DNA of 64,000 nucleotides. It comes from Tubulanus polymorphus. Its lineage: Eukaryota > Animalia > Nemertea. Under the pieces are notes generated by a model, which worked only from the letters and a program-made list of their open reading frames with translations, ran no database searches and had not been told where the DNA came from. The translations under genes and the position numbers were made by a program. The stretch covers positions 15,673,807 through 15,737,806 of the forward strand of contig NC_134031.1 in assembly GCF_964204645.1 (NCBI RefSeq), given 5' to 3'. Positions 1 to 42,500 of the stretch are shown piece after piece. Within the stretch, counting starts at the first letter, position 1, and each line of letters opens with the position of its first letter.

Positions 1-3000
1 TGCACGGTTTTTCACAAAGACTTAACGCAACAACAAAGTTATTATTAAACTTATCGCCGTGTAAGTCATTACTGATAACATTGAAAATTTCACATACACA
101 TTCACCTATAAAAATCTTCCCAGACAGCTCTAAATAGTGAGGGCTTTATTGAAAAACGCCCGTATAGTAATTTTGAGCACTCTCCATTCTGAACATCGCC
201 GTCTTTGCGTTGAAGCGGGCTAGTCTTACAGACATTTTCCTACTAGATGGTCAAAAAGGCAATTATAGATAGAAATAGGGAGCTGTATATTTTCATAAAA
301 GGATTTCAGTGGGAACTTCCTTTTATATTTCAACTAATTCGAATATAATTTACTATAAACTCACATCCAAGCGCAGTAGGCCTTTTACTATACAAAGCGC
401 GTTTGATCGAAATTTAGACTAGCGAACACGCTGTGACCCGCTGTTGTCTTTTCGGAAAAGATTTATTTTTTTCTTTCATTTTCGGTTCTTTCGGATTTCA
501 TTATATAGAGGTACACGTTTAACACGTATGGCGGCCATCTTGATTAGAAAGGCACTAGATATGTTAAAGATAAAACTAGTTCGCATAGGTTCATTCTTTT
601 GTTTATTTAGTTGAATGACTCCCCATATCAAGAATTAATTATTGTAAATGCCTTTGTCGATGCAGAATTTCCGTCTATTAACGTTTCCTCTTCCTCGTTG
701 TAGTGTCGAGTTATATCTGAGACGGCATTTTTCCCTCCTTTTCTATCGGTGAGGAGAGGAACCCACGATTACCAGCTAGTCATCGTCGTCGCCGTAGTCT
801 GGGGAATTCATTAACGGAAGTACCTGGGGCGTAAATATGTCAACAATGCTATGCAAACAATGACGTAATCGATTCTTGTAAGCGAAACCGAGAAAGGCTT
901 CGCGAATGTAAAAAAAAAGCTCTGGCTTTGGGAATATTTGCTATCTTCGGTGATCTGCTTTGCTGAGTAAACGCCAAAATCATCGATTGCTTTCATTTCG
1001 TATCGTGGGTTTTGCCTCGATTGAATTAGACAGTCACTTGCCTATAGAACCAACCATCAAATCTATTTCACATCGATAATACGCAGGCTAATCGAACTGT
1101 AGAACTCGAAGACCGGACGTGAAAGAACTGTAATTAAATTTGCGGTTATTAGATAATCAGTTGTTTCATACAATGTCTATCGCTTCCGGCTTCCGTTCCA
1201 AAGAATAATCGGTACATGATTATGTACACGTGTTTAGGATGCGGTGTGAGAGCCATTGAAAGACATTCCCATAAATTTCTTCTTTTTTTTAGTAATGTAG
1301 CGGATGCGTGCTGACTTCAGAGAACGTCCGACGAACTTCGTCACGACGGCCTTGCCGGTCAAGGTCATTACATAGGCCGTTCGTTTTGTTCTAAAGAACA
1401 TATCAAATATCATCAGTAAAACAGTCAGTATATGCCGTACTGACGTATTTCCTTTCTCAAAATGAATTATGCGACGCACACAAATGCATACAAATCTGTT
1501 GCGTTCAGGACTTAGACTAAACATACATACTTACACACATATATGTATATTCATTTCCATAAATCCAATATGTGGATGTATATGTATGTGGGAGTGTGGG
1601 AATAGAAGGCCGTTTTTAGTACCTGTATTGTTAGAGGTACACGCAATCTTACATAGTGCTTTTTAATAAGACGAATAAAGAATTTGATGAATGAAACTCG
1701 TGTAGGTGCGGCAGTCTATTCGACGTGACCATAAAAGCCATAAGTTTATTTTTTTTAAATCGCTTCCAAATTGATTATTGAGTCTCAAGACTCACACGTG
1801 TTACTTTACGGCGGTATGGAACGTCTGTTAACCGTGCACTGTATGCAGCCAGCAATGCAAGGGGATCCAAGAATTTCAAAAAGGGCGCCATTTCTGCAAA
1901 AGGCAGTACCGGGTATGTTAATACGTTTCAGCAGGGCGCGGTGGCTTCGGACGCCCACCGTGCCTCCTCCTAAATCCCTCTGGTATATAGGATTCGAGTA
2001 TTGATTTACCTCCGCGCAAGAAAAAACATCTAGAAAGGTACTTAGGTCAAATCTGTGTCTTCGGGGCTTACATGAGCTGGATGGATTTACAGGGCTCTAT
2101 CGACGCGTGACAATGTAATACAAGTCCATATTTTCAGTATTGATATATTCTCGTATTCTGGGTGACAGCTGTGCGTGAAACATTATTATATTCTAATTAT
2201 GAACTCGTTAAATAAAAAACCAGGCCGCAGTTCATTTCACACTGTCAATGACTCTTTTGTCAGCTTTTCGGCTATAAATTCCTAAACTGGGAGGTAACAT
2301 TCTAAACACAGAAATCCTAGTCGAAATGTGCTTTGTTTATTGCTCATACGAGCCATAATCATTAACGCCCGTAAGCAATTAATCACGAGGGGCGAAACTT
2401 ATTTTTTGTTCGTGTGACCTTAACGGTGAAAATATTCAAAATAGACTCGGAAAGTCTGGTCGTTATCGACGACATTCTATATTCGAAAGTTATATACGTT
2501 TCGTCGAATGAGTTTGCTTTATCTAGAATAACGGCTGTTGCCTAATTCGTATACAGAATCAGTTAATTAGGTCTTCGGATGGAGAAGAATACTTCGAATG
2601 TAAAACCCGTACTTCTGTGACCTCGCGCCGGTATGCAAAGTACTAGTTTTTCGATTAAACTTGAAATCTGTTGCAGTAACTCGAACTATAATGATTTACA
2701 TGGCTTTTTATAAGCGGGAATGTAATACGTAGATTTTGAACAATCGCGCAGGTCACGACTGATCAACACAATCCATCTGCTATATCGCTTATTTTCTAGC
2801 CGTTGTAAATTTAGCAGGGGCAGGGGGGGCAGTTTGCTCTGAAAATTTCTCTCTTAAAATCTCCCTTTGAAATTCCCCTCTGAAAATTGTCCTTTTTGCA
2901 AATATTACTGTTTTATCCTATAGAATTGCCCTTGTTCGGGTTTCTTTGCCCACCCCCCCCCCCCAAAAAATAAAAAAATTCAAATGCCATGTACGGCCCT

Positions 3001-3012
3001 GAACACTTAGTC

Positions 3013-3200
3013 CAGAAGACATCCTTACAAGTTCAATGCGCAAGAACATTAGATCGAAATATCTTACGAATAAAAATAATCAACACTGGAACTGTCTGCC
3101 TACTGAAGTTATGGAAGCGCGACCGTCTGTGAATTCATTTAAGGCGGCTAGACTGGACGATTATTGGACCAAGACTGCGAACTAAAAACTGACTACAAAC
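3013..3200 (+). mobile_element. Degraded CR1-type LINE 3' fragment
   Basis: Frameshifted remnants of HPYK...WNCLPTEVME..PSVNSFK..LDDYW. Confidence 0.6.
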
Positions 3201-3264
3201 TATATAGACACTAAAATGCCTCAGCAATAGGTTTTATTTGACAACTGCGTATCGCACGGAAGCT

Positions 3265-3390
3265 TACGGAAGTCCCTCGGTGACATACGAGATAATTTTT
3301 TCATAATTTCGACATAATAAGTCAAAGTTCGACATAATAAGTCGAAATTGTGAAAAAAATCAAATCGTTTGTCACCAAGGGGCTTCTGTA
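3265..3390. mobile_element. MITE with TACGGAAG termini and an internal 21-nt repeat
   Basis: TACGGAAGTCCCTCGGTGACA ... TGTCACCAAGGGGCTTCTGTA; ttcgacataataagtc occurs twice. Confidence 0.65.
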
Positions 3391-4112
3391 GTATCGTTTA
3401 AACAGTGTCAAGATTGCCAAAGCGGTCCATCACTTAAATTCACTGTTACCGATACTGTTGTCGTTACCCTTGGATCCGTTATTAGTGTGGGATTCTATAC
3501 ATTAGGAATACCTCACGTGTTACTGGTCCGTTCGTGCAAACGTGGCATTTCACTGTCAGCGTGGATCTTGACCCAAAAATATTTGTAACAGATACACATA
3601 TCTTCAAAACAAACTAATTACCATAAACGGTCTTTGTCGCCTTGCTTCGGTTTAATGAAATTCGAAAGTATATATAGTGTATTTCAGGTGTATAGCGATA
3701 TTATTAGCGATGGTATCTGTAGCCGCCGAGTATGCTGTTAAACGCAATAATGAGAATAATATTCATAAAAACATCATTCATTATTTAGACATGCGTTCAG
3801 ACTATTTCGCTTCCCATTATTATTAATTAATGAATATATATATGAAAAGTGTAGCCGTTGATTCGTATAATATACTCGTACACGATGAAACACGTTCCTG
3901 CGTAAATGATTTTTTCCAAAATCAACTTAGGAGCCTCACCTGCAATGTATCAAACCTAATGAATTACCGTATAGCCGAAACAAGGGGATATTTTCAGCGA
4001 AAATTTCATCTTTTTCTCCATCATCTGATAAGTAAACTCCGCAGCTGCGTACATTTCAATTTAGTTTTCTTTTCGGAGAATATTTAGTATATCGAAGATC
4101 AAGTCTACAATA

Positions 4113-4405
4113 AGCGGTGTGGGCGAGTGGTTAGAGCATTCGAATTTCGTTAGCAAGGTCATTGGTTTCGAACCCCGGGTTCTCATATTATCCTCATTGC
4201 CTCTAAATGGGCACCTGGTCTGATAGATGAACCCTGAGCGCCTAGCAGCTGCTCGGATGTTACTTCTCCCCATGGAGAGATGGCTGATAAATGGTAAGGG
4301 TTATGGGCTGGGGGTAATAATACCGATATAATGGCAAGCGCCGGTGAACATTGTATCACCATAGAAAGGGCGCTATACAAATTAAATTACTAAATTGCTA
4401 CTACG
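4113..4405 (+). mobile_element. tRNA-derived SINE
   Basis: A-box TGGGCGAGTGG, B-box GGTTTCGAACCC, TAAATGGGCACC core, and GCGCTATACAAAT followed by a short-repeat tail. Confidence 0.75.
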
Positions 4406-6547
4406 TGTATTACTAGAATGGCCATTAATTCTTAGCAATATAAGGTGATATCGTCAATCAATTCAGGTGTAAGTGTTCTTCAATTAAATTCGAAGTTACC
4501 AGATATGTGTTAAGCTTTAAACGGTTCAGAAATATGTATATAGTACCTGTAAGCCCACCGTTCGGGTTGAAAGGAAAACAGTCAAGTGTTACGAAAAACG
4601 ATTTTATTCATTACCAGTGAAAGTGTACCGGATTAAGTCATTCACTAACCGCTTTCCTACATTCATATATTTCCAGTTTAACATTTGCGTTAACCATTGA
4701 TAAGACATCAATATTTAACGAGTTATCACTTTTTCTTAATTAAGGGCGCATTCTCGAATAGAGATTGCGAGTTCTTACAGCTAGCGAGTCTTTTGCCTCG
4801 AGAGTTAGGTCAGAATTAGCGTCTGTCGGATCTCGTGCAGCAGTTCTTCAACCGAATTCGTGTCGATGATTTAACACATATCCCATTAACCTGTAAAAAT
4901 ATCATTAATGAGTGATTAGTAATTAGTTTTGAGTCTAGTGTTAAACGCATTCGCTCAACTATACGGCTCATTTATGCTATATGCCCACGGCCCATTTCCT
5001 AGCGAAGAACGACACAAAGGCTTTACTCTGTATAATTGGCATTTGAAGTAATTTATTTGTGGAGTGGTCCTTGCATTTAATAGCAAATTCGTAACCGGAT
5101 TTATTGACCAAGTTATTTTTTTCGTTCCATTCAGTTTTGAAATAGAATTTCTATACTGGAGTTTTTGTTGAAACGCTATGTTTGGCAGTTACCTTGAGAA
5201 ACACGATCGAATTGTTTGCGAAAACTATATCAATTTCCGAAATTCATACGCGCATTCAACACGGCGAGCTTCGACTTGAAAGCGTCTATATGATTATGAT
5301 TTGATTTACTGTCCCCGCATATGAATACCTGACGAACAGCTTTTTAAAAGAAATTTACATATCGCCACATTCTTTAGAACGATTAAAACTATTTAAAAAG
5401 TTGGCCATAAGTCATTTTCCAGATACACAGGCACAATTTCTTCTTTCGCTGGTTGACCGCGCAAGTAATCTCTACCCAAAATATTGTCTTTAATCGAAGT
5501 CAATGTCAAAGTTATTATTCTGCGGAACTCGTTAAGAAGTACTTAGATGCATTAAAACTTCTCAAATGTGTTTTTATTGAATACAAGGTTCGATACACTT
5601 CTTGCCTTGTTTTTGTCTTTCGAAATGTTTACAATTTGTGTAGATGAAGCCAATAACTCGAAGCTTCCTGCGGTTTCATTACAAATTCAAACTACAGAAA
5701 CTACATTCATCTAGATTTTTCTACCTTCAAGTAACTTCGCGCGAGTTAATTGGATTTTCTGATGATAGGCAGAGTTAAAACAGAAATACTGTAAAATGAT
5801 TGTCAGAATTCCACGTTCGTCATCTCGATAGTTTTGAATTTCGCTTTTCTTTGCTTACGGTGTAAAAAGAGCGTGTTCAAAGTGAACACCCGAAAGCTAA
5901 CAACAAACCTGAATTCAAACACGCGGTATGCTTTGTAAAGTTTCTTAAAAGCAAGATTCAAACATTTAAAGGGGAGACTGTTCGTTGTTGTAATAGATCA
6001 GTTTCAACAAAGTCGTGATCGACGGGAAAATATTGACTTTGATCAGTTAACTTTAAAGCGAATAGAAATGCCTCGTAAGATCACAAGGAATCAGTGTTGA
6101 CACCCAGGTTACCCGGGTACAACAGACTTACACAAACGATAGCTTTTTTCGCCGATTTCATCCGCAGTATCCGGCGTTAAGACCACTCCGGTGATTTTCT
6201 AACAATATCAATCTGTTTGCAAGGTGTAAAAAAACGTCTACACGTTTCATCGTTTTAGATTGATAATGCAAATTGTAAAACGTCAACGTGAAAAAGATGC
6301 CGTCGAAAATAAGTTCTCGGAAAAATGTATATAGGCCCCGCCTTTTAGGCAGAGGCGAACTCTGATTTTCTTCATGTTTTAATTCTATTTCATTTTGAAG
6401 TTGGCTCTTATTGTTCTGAAGTGTGTTTCCTGAACTGCTAAACGATCTATTTCAAGGGAGAACGCCGTCAAAATCATCCCAAGGAGCCATTGACACCTTA
6501 TCGGCGAGTATAGCTCCTAATAACGCGGTCAGCGGGTTCCAGTTTCG

Positions 6548-6576
6548 TGACGTAACGAATCCGTTTCAGCCAATCA
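6548..6576 (+). promoter_or_regulatory. Promoter elements of exon 1a (CRE-like TGACGTAA, CCAAT box)
   Basis: TGACGTAA at 6548; AGCCAATCA with CCAAT at 6570, 130 nt before the ATG. Confidence 0.5.
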
Positions 6577-6699
6577 TACAGCCGGATGAAGGAACTGTCC
6601 AGGTAAAAACGTTTCGCCCGCGGTTTTTCGGTTGTCTCACAGCGCGGCGATCAAGCGGAACAGTTAGGTATCAATCGGAAGTTTGAAGAAATATCGAGG

Positions 6700-35587
<28,888 letters not shown>

Positions 35588-38208
35588 ATGTTTTCTGCTC
35601 GTAATGTGCAACGACGATAGGGGGCGCAGATAGTTGAACACTTCCTGATTTTCATTGTCGTCTGTGGAAAATGTTTTCAATACGAAAAAAAAAACAAAGC
35701 TTAAAAAACATTAACATTCATTACTCGTACATGTTATATACAATCGCAATATGTTATGTGCTTATAAATATTCGGAGATATCGGGAAGCGCAGTGTGCCG
35801 ATCAGATGAGAAATTCCAGAAACTGATTCTTCACCGGCGCTGGTTACCCGAAAAGCGACTTTAAAATATTTACGGCATTCGTTACACCACATTACACCAC
35901 GAACACCGAGGTTTATTCGAGGAAAGAACGCCAAATTCAAACCTCTACGCTTATTTCACACTTATTGGTGACTGTAAACCGCTTTAGGGGAAATGGATTT
36001 AACTATATATAATAAATGTATGCTGCTTTTTAAAAAGATTATGGTAAATTGTGTGCACATCGGTGTATCTCGCCCTCTGTACCGAACACGTCATGTCGTT
36101 CATCTTAAAAGAAAATGTCATTTCATGTCTGATTCGCGTCCGATCGAAATTATTCATTTATCCATACGTCGTAATTCTAGATATATACGTGATAATAATA
36201 TTTTGAAAATCGCCCCACAATCATACAACTCAGTGATTCTCGGTCGAAAAAAATCAAATCCGCCTGTTTCGAATGAGCGCGAAGAGTTTCTGCCGGCCTC
36301 GTCGCCGCGGAGAAATTGTCGCGAATCGAAATAAACGCTGATTTTATTTTAATTATTTTTTTGGACAATGAATCAAAAATGAACCGTGTAAATGCATAAT
36401 TCTGACCTCTCCCTCTCTGTGATCGATTCATCTTCATTTTTATCATATCATATATATAAATATCATGATATATTAATATTATTATTATTAATATTATGAT
36501 TATTATTATCATCATTATACATATACATATTTTAATTATTGTAATAATCCGATTAGCATGTTTTAAGGTAACCGCTTTTGCAAGTGGAAGTTTTGTATTT
36601 TTTTTCTGAAAAATTACAGAAAATTAAGTAGTTACTGGTAGTGACATTCCAACATTGCTGCGTGTGAAAAATCCTCGCTTGCCAGGCTACTTCTCTGAGA
36701 AGTCCAGGCGCGTTAATGTCGATTCATTTCATTTGACGAAGTGGCACCTCTGGCAAGCGATAAGTCTATTCGTGGATTTTAGCATTTGTTTTACAACTTG
36801 TGAAAAAAGGTAACAACATCATTCGTGAGCGAAATGTGACGAAGTCAGATATTTGCGTGTGTGTTTCATACGATTTTTACGTCGGTTTAAAACGATTTGA
36901 TTCCGTATTACTCTATATGTATGCATAAATGCAGTTGGGACCACTGGAAACTGCTGTAAGGATTGTGGTTTTTATTTACTAAATGTTTGAAGATGTCGGT
37001 TGTTTCTGTTTTTCTATTTCGAGGTTATTTAAAGACAATTATCATTATATCGTAGGTAATAAGAAAAATTCAAAACTGTCATTAATTTCGCTAAAAGATG
37101 ATATGTTGATTATCTATCCAATCGAGAGAACATCCTTGTTCGTAACGTTTGCTTGGTCAGTGTTTTAGATGTGTTATATTTTGTAACGATATTCTAATTA
37201 GGTCGATCTGTATAGAAAAGTGCACACTGACTGAAAGAAGTTAGGTTTTCGTAGCTTAGACTTTCGGAAGATGGTAACATCAGGTCTAGTGTATCGTAGT
37301 ATGTAATGTTTCAGAAGTAGAATTAGTATTTAAATTAGCAATTTGTGTAAGTGATTTAAAAAAAAGTACACGCGCGCACTACGCAGCGATTGGCTGTGAT
37401 AACGATTACGTCAGACGCCGTATAGAACATTCACCAAATATGTCGATCGATATTAGATCAAAAAGCTAGTATTTCGGCGCGTTTTAATTGATACTTTGAT
37501 ACAACGATTGTTTTGTGAGCTTACACCGCTATCACAAAGTCAGCCATCACGCAAGGATGACTCGCATGATCGCATATTGTTTAAAACACGTCGTCACGTG
37601 GTTCAATATTGTACGCCGTAGCGCCGTCATAGAGATGATAGATATTTATAATTAGATCTAGCGTCCGCAACCAGGCGGCGCCGTGTTCGAACTGATTATT
37701 CTATACATCTAGTATATACGTTATAATTGAACATCATCGCCTAAGCAAGTTATAAATATCGTTAAAATCTTCCGATCGCCTCTTTTATTACTGTGAATAG
37801 AAACATGAATAAACTGTTCTGCTTCAAATAAAGTAATATACATTCGTTTGTTATTCTTTGCTTTTACGGTTTTCAGCCAGATGACGATAAAGAGCCGTTC
37901 CTGGAAAGAGAATGAATGTTCACAAAAAGATGATTTTTCATCATTTCATTAATAAAATCTATGATGCTCGAATTGGCTAAAAATTCAATAATTATGAAAA
38001 TTGGATCGGACGTCGATTCTTTTCAACCGAAATTCGATAAACTGTTCAATACGGAGGAAAACTTTAGTTTCGGATCGAATCGATCTCGGATAGCAACATA
38101 AAAAAAATCCAATATGTGCATATTTATTCTATACGTCGAGATTCGTAGAGCAATTCATCGAACTGGCTGGACGTGCATTCTCTTTGAAGACGCTGCAAGC
38201 TGAAAAGC

Positions 38209-39246
38209 ATGTCGACGAATACGACTATCGTTGACTGCGACAACCTTCCGGCAATCCGTAAAGATCTCAAGTTTTCCATTTATCTATACATATTCGTTTA
38301 CGGTCCCATCACACTGTTTGGTATATGTTTGAATATCGCGACGATTGTGGCCTTCCGTAAGCTGAGAAATTCGGTGTACTACGCCGTGGAGATGGTTGCC
38401 ATGTTTGACTTGTTGTTTAGCGTAGCGGCTTTCACTATTTACCCGCTCCGCAGTATCTATATCCATATCGTGCTCGGCGACTTAGTCTTTCGTATCAACG
38501 ACTGGCATTTCGGTCAGGAGATTATTACCGTCATTTTGCCGTTTTTCAACGTGTTTCAGATGGCACGCAATTGGTCGGTGGTCGTCGTGAGCCTGGAACG
38601 TTTGCTCGTCGTCTTGTTTCCGTTGAAAATCAAAACAGCCTGGAAAAAGTCAACTATGAACGCGATCTGCGCGTCCTACACAATCATGAGCATAGCCACC
38701 AACTGGAAATATTTCTTCCCTCTCAGAATTCCGGGATTGTGGAAATGGCCGTGTTTGAAACCCGGTCAGTTCGCCTTCACGTCGCTGCTCGATCGGGAAT
38801 ACGTGATCGAACCGCCGTATAATTACGAATTTCCGATGCACCTCGAATACCAGCTGTTCATTTTCGGCACGGTCGGTTTACCCTTTCTGATTCTCCTTAC
38901 GATCAACGTTTGTCTCGTTATTTCGGTTTTCGTGGCCAGAAAGAAACGGAAGCTACTCACGTCCGTTAAAGATACGTCTAACAAAAAAGCCGGCCAAGAA
39001 GGACAAGTGTTGAAAATGGTTATCGCCATAGTTGTGATATATTTCATGTGCGAAAGTCCAGGTTGTTTCGACAGATTGTTCTTCTTTCTGTTCAACGATA
39101 TAATACCGTTCTATGCTCAGATGATCGTCAGGAAGGTCGCGCTGGCGTTTAGCGTTTTGAATTCTTCATTAAACTTCTTCGCGTACTGTCTTACAAACGC
39201 TAAATTCAAAATGACAGTTAAAGCGATGATAAGGCGAAATCCATGA
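38209..39246 (+). CDS. Intronless rhodopsin-class GPCR, FMRFamide/peptide-receptor-like
   Basis: 345 aa with seven hydrophobic segments; SLERLLVVLFP after TM3, CESP in TM6, NSSLNFFAYC in TM7. Confidence 0.88.
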   Translation: MSTNTTIVDCDNLPAIRKDLKFSIYLYIFVYGPITLFGICLNIATIVAFRKLRNSVYYAVEMVAMFDLLFSVAAFTIYPLRSIYIHIVLGDLVFRINDWHFGQEIITVILPFFNVFQMARNWSVVVVSLERLLVVLFPLKIKTAWKKSTMNAICASYTIMSIATNWKYFFPLRIPGLWKWPCLKPGQFAFTSLLDREYVIEPPYNYEFPMHLEYQLFIFGTVGLPFLILLTINVCLVISVFVARKKRKLLTSVKDTSNKKAGQEGQVLKMVIAIVVIYFMCESPGCFDRLFFFLFNDIIPFYAQMIVRKVALAFSVLNSSLNFFAYCLTNAKFKMTVKAMIRRNP

Positions 39247-39557
39247 TTATTAGTAAAAACACATAAAACATTGGAATTTCTAATGTGAAAATGTTAATAG
39301 TTGTTTTTTGTGTATTCAATATTGTTGAAAATAAATATGAATCCGAGTAGATCTTAGGTAGAGTGTCTAGATAATTCAAGATCCATAGAGGCAAAAACAG
39401 TACAAATCTCATTTTCTAATGAGTTATATATATTTATTAAGCGAACGTTTTCGGGAGTTACATAATCCTTGAATCATGAATCTCTTTTTTATTTTGTTAT
39501 GTTAACATGTGGTTATTTGATTTTTTCCAAATCTAAGTACGTTCTTTATGAATGACA

Positions 39558-42500
39558 TCATGTAAAGAAATACGAATGTTCTTCTTCTGCTTTTCGTTCG
39601 TCTTGTGTCCGTTCCCTTTTTGATTTGTGTAATTTGATGGGTTCGGATCGATAAACGAGCTTTCGGCCGATCTGAAAGAGACGAATCGCACGTTACGTAC
39701 ACGTGATTTCCATATAATTTCTGACCAATCACAGTAGCAGTTGTAGCCTTTTTACTTGTTTGACGTTTTCGGACTGGGCGCGGGATAGACCTCGTTGGTA
39801 TCGCTGTTCTTGATGGATCCTTTGCTGTTTCATCTTTCCTTCGCGATACGATATCCGCCTTTCTTTGAATTTTTCCTAATGAAGGAAAATGATGAAATAA
39901 ATGCAGATACATTTGCTACCTTGGCACAAGTATAGATAGTGGCGATACCATAAAAATTAAACCTAAATTTTTTGATGATGTTAATGAGACAATGATATGA
40001 AAGTTACTGGTATATATGGAAGCTCATCATATATACTGCAAGTTCATAGTCACATAGTTCTGGGCCCGGTTTTATAAACAGCTATTAACTTTTTTTAACC
40101 CAGGGGCTAACACAATTCATTTTCGATTAAGTTAACCCCCGGGTTAAAGGTAATACCAGTCTATAAAACCGGGCCCTGGTTTCTTACAAGTATTATATGA
40201 TAATTGATAGAAAATAGAGTGCTTCAGTACCTGAAGTGCAGTTTTCACTTTGTCGCTCGGCAAAGACTCAAGCGTTTCTATCAGTTCCTCTACCTTTCCT
40301 TCCAGATGACCAAGCATCTGCTCTGGGCTGAATTGAGACTATGCTTAGTACAATCATGTGTATTAACGCAAGGGGTTAAAATGCTACTACGATTAGAATA
40401 ATTACTCAAGGTCCGCATCCAAATGGCCGAAACATTCTTGGTAAACTTTCCTGATGGCAGATGTATACATTTCCACTTCCTCAGACTCTTTCGTCGTGTA
40501 TTTCCCAAAATTAGTTTTCCTTCATACAAATACACACAAAATCTTTCTTAACGGCCACAGATACATAAAATAGCATTCGTCATTCGTTGATTAAACGGTA
40601 ATGATAATTTCTCCCAGGGCTGTACCTCATTTTGGTTTGATTTCCGTGTTTCCATAGTTTGTTTTCTTCTATCGCGGCGTTGTATTTATCAATCTGTTCT
40701 TTAAGGCTCTGGATTTCGCTTTCCCTGTAATAGGAACAGTAATTAAGACAACTCCGATGGAATTGTTGAAAATGAACTTATTTGGACTACAAGAAACCAG
40801 AGACATTTCCATTACATTTTTGTTTTAACGCGAGATGAATGAAGCCGTATGTCTTCAAGTTCTTCCTCTTTAGTCTGACAGTTGGTTATAAGTTTTAAGT
40901 CTTTCTCCTCGAGTTCTGAAATTATGTCGAGTATTTGTTTCGGGTCGGTAAAATACAATTCCAATTCCTGAAAATATATTCTTAATTCAGCATGTCCATC
41001 CGTAGAACTTGTACCATAATGTCCATCCGTAGAACTTGTACCACGGATAAAACATCCAATCAGAATTAAAATGCAAATTCTAATGGTTACATGTCGATAG
41101 ATGGCGTCGTAGATGCGCGATACTCGGCGTAGCGAAAAAAGGGAAAAAGAAAAATTTTGTAACAATAGATTGATTTTAAAAAAAACTTTGAACTAGAAGA
41201 TTATCTTACTGAAATGCTAATTAAATCACGAGTACTACTAACAAAATTCCGCACCAACAACCACAAGCATCCTGTAGAAAAGGAACGTTTTGATCTTGCA
41301 GGGCATAAAAGATTTTGTGAAAATGTAACTCAGGCGATCTAGGTGACGAATTCCATTCCCCATTTAAACATCCACAACACTTAGAATTAAGGAAAAAGTA
41401 AGTATATTCCAGACAAATTCTGGAAACGTCCAAGCTCATGTACAATGAATTGCAAAACTGTGAAAATAAGTCAACGCGTAAGAAACTAGTCAAGTACTGA
41501 TTAAACTGTATTTTTAACCGAAAATTGTAGTGAGCAATGCCTGTATTATTTTGTGTCTTATCTGTATTGTATTTTTCTATGTATGATCGTTTTAGACCTC
41601 CTCATCATGCTATCAATATTAGTTCGGAGAAAATGGTTATATCTTATCTTATCTTATCTTATTCTAAATTCTTGCTTAAAACTGACATTTAACCAGACAC
41701 CAACTATGTTCATCGTCGAATTTCACTTCCGATGGTTACAAAAAAAGATATACTTCTTGGAAATCTTTTTTAGGCGAAACATTAGATAACGACGAAAAGA
41801 GGATTTATTTTCATCGGTTATCCGCTGAACGAATACTTCGAGTGTGATAATTCTAGCATTATAAATTTGAAAAACTTCGTTACCGGGTCATCTGAATCGT
41901 CGTCATCGTTAGCTTTACACCCGGCAATGCTGTTGAGTCGAATCATGCTGTTCCTACAATGAAAGATGTTGTGACCAGACGAACGAAGCTAGAAGAAGGT
42001 TAAGAACGTTAAGTGAATATTGAAGACCAGTCCCTTATTGCTGCCAGCGGGAGGTTTACTGTAAAAGCGGCATCGTGGACAATCGTAGACAATTCAGACG
42101 TGTCGAATTGTATGTTCGTAACGTTAATAAGCGACAGCCAAATTACGGGACTGAAACTGGGTCTCGTGCATACTAAGAAAGTGTTGACACCGATAGAACT
42201 TGTCCATCTGGTCAGTGGTTGCACAGCTTAATGTCGTATTTGCCACGGGTACACTGCCCTTAATTATTTATGTTAGGGTTACAGCCACACTTGGCTTCCG
42301 GTATATCCGGTCGTGTAACATGCTTAGATATACCAAGATATCGTATTTTGTAATTGTAGTCAACCCCCGATATATCTACCTCCCACATACCGCCACCCCC
42401 GCCTACCGCTAGGTTTTCTTAATGTACATCTCTCTACAAATACATAGTAAAACACCCCCGATATACCGCCATACTCACTATACCAGCAAAATCGTTCTCC

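Noticed and set aside
275-1200. Possible gene or promoter at the left edge (ATGGCGGCCATCTTG at 528, CTTCCGG at 1183, ORF 811-996)
   Set aside because: There is no coherent spliced ORF or recognisable protein motif, and 275-629 may be a degraded MITE.
4113-4190. Functional tRNA gene (also B-box-like hits near 43535 and 51620)
   Set aside because: I could not build a convincing cloverleaf, and the first hit continues into a SINE body and tail.
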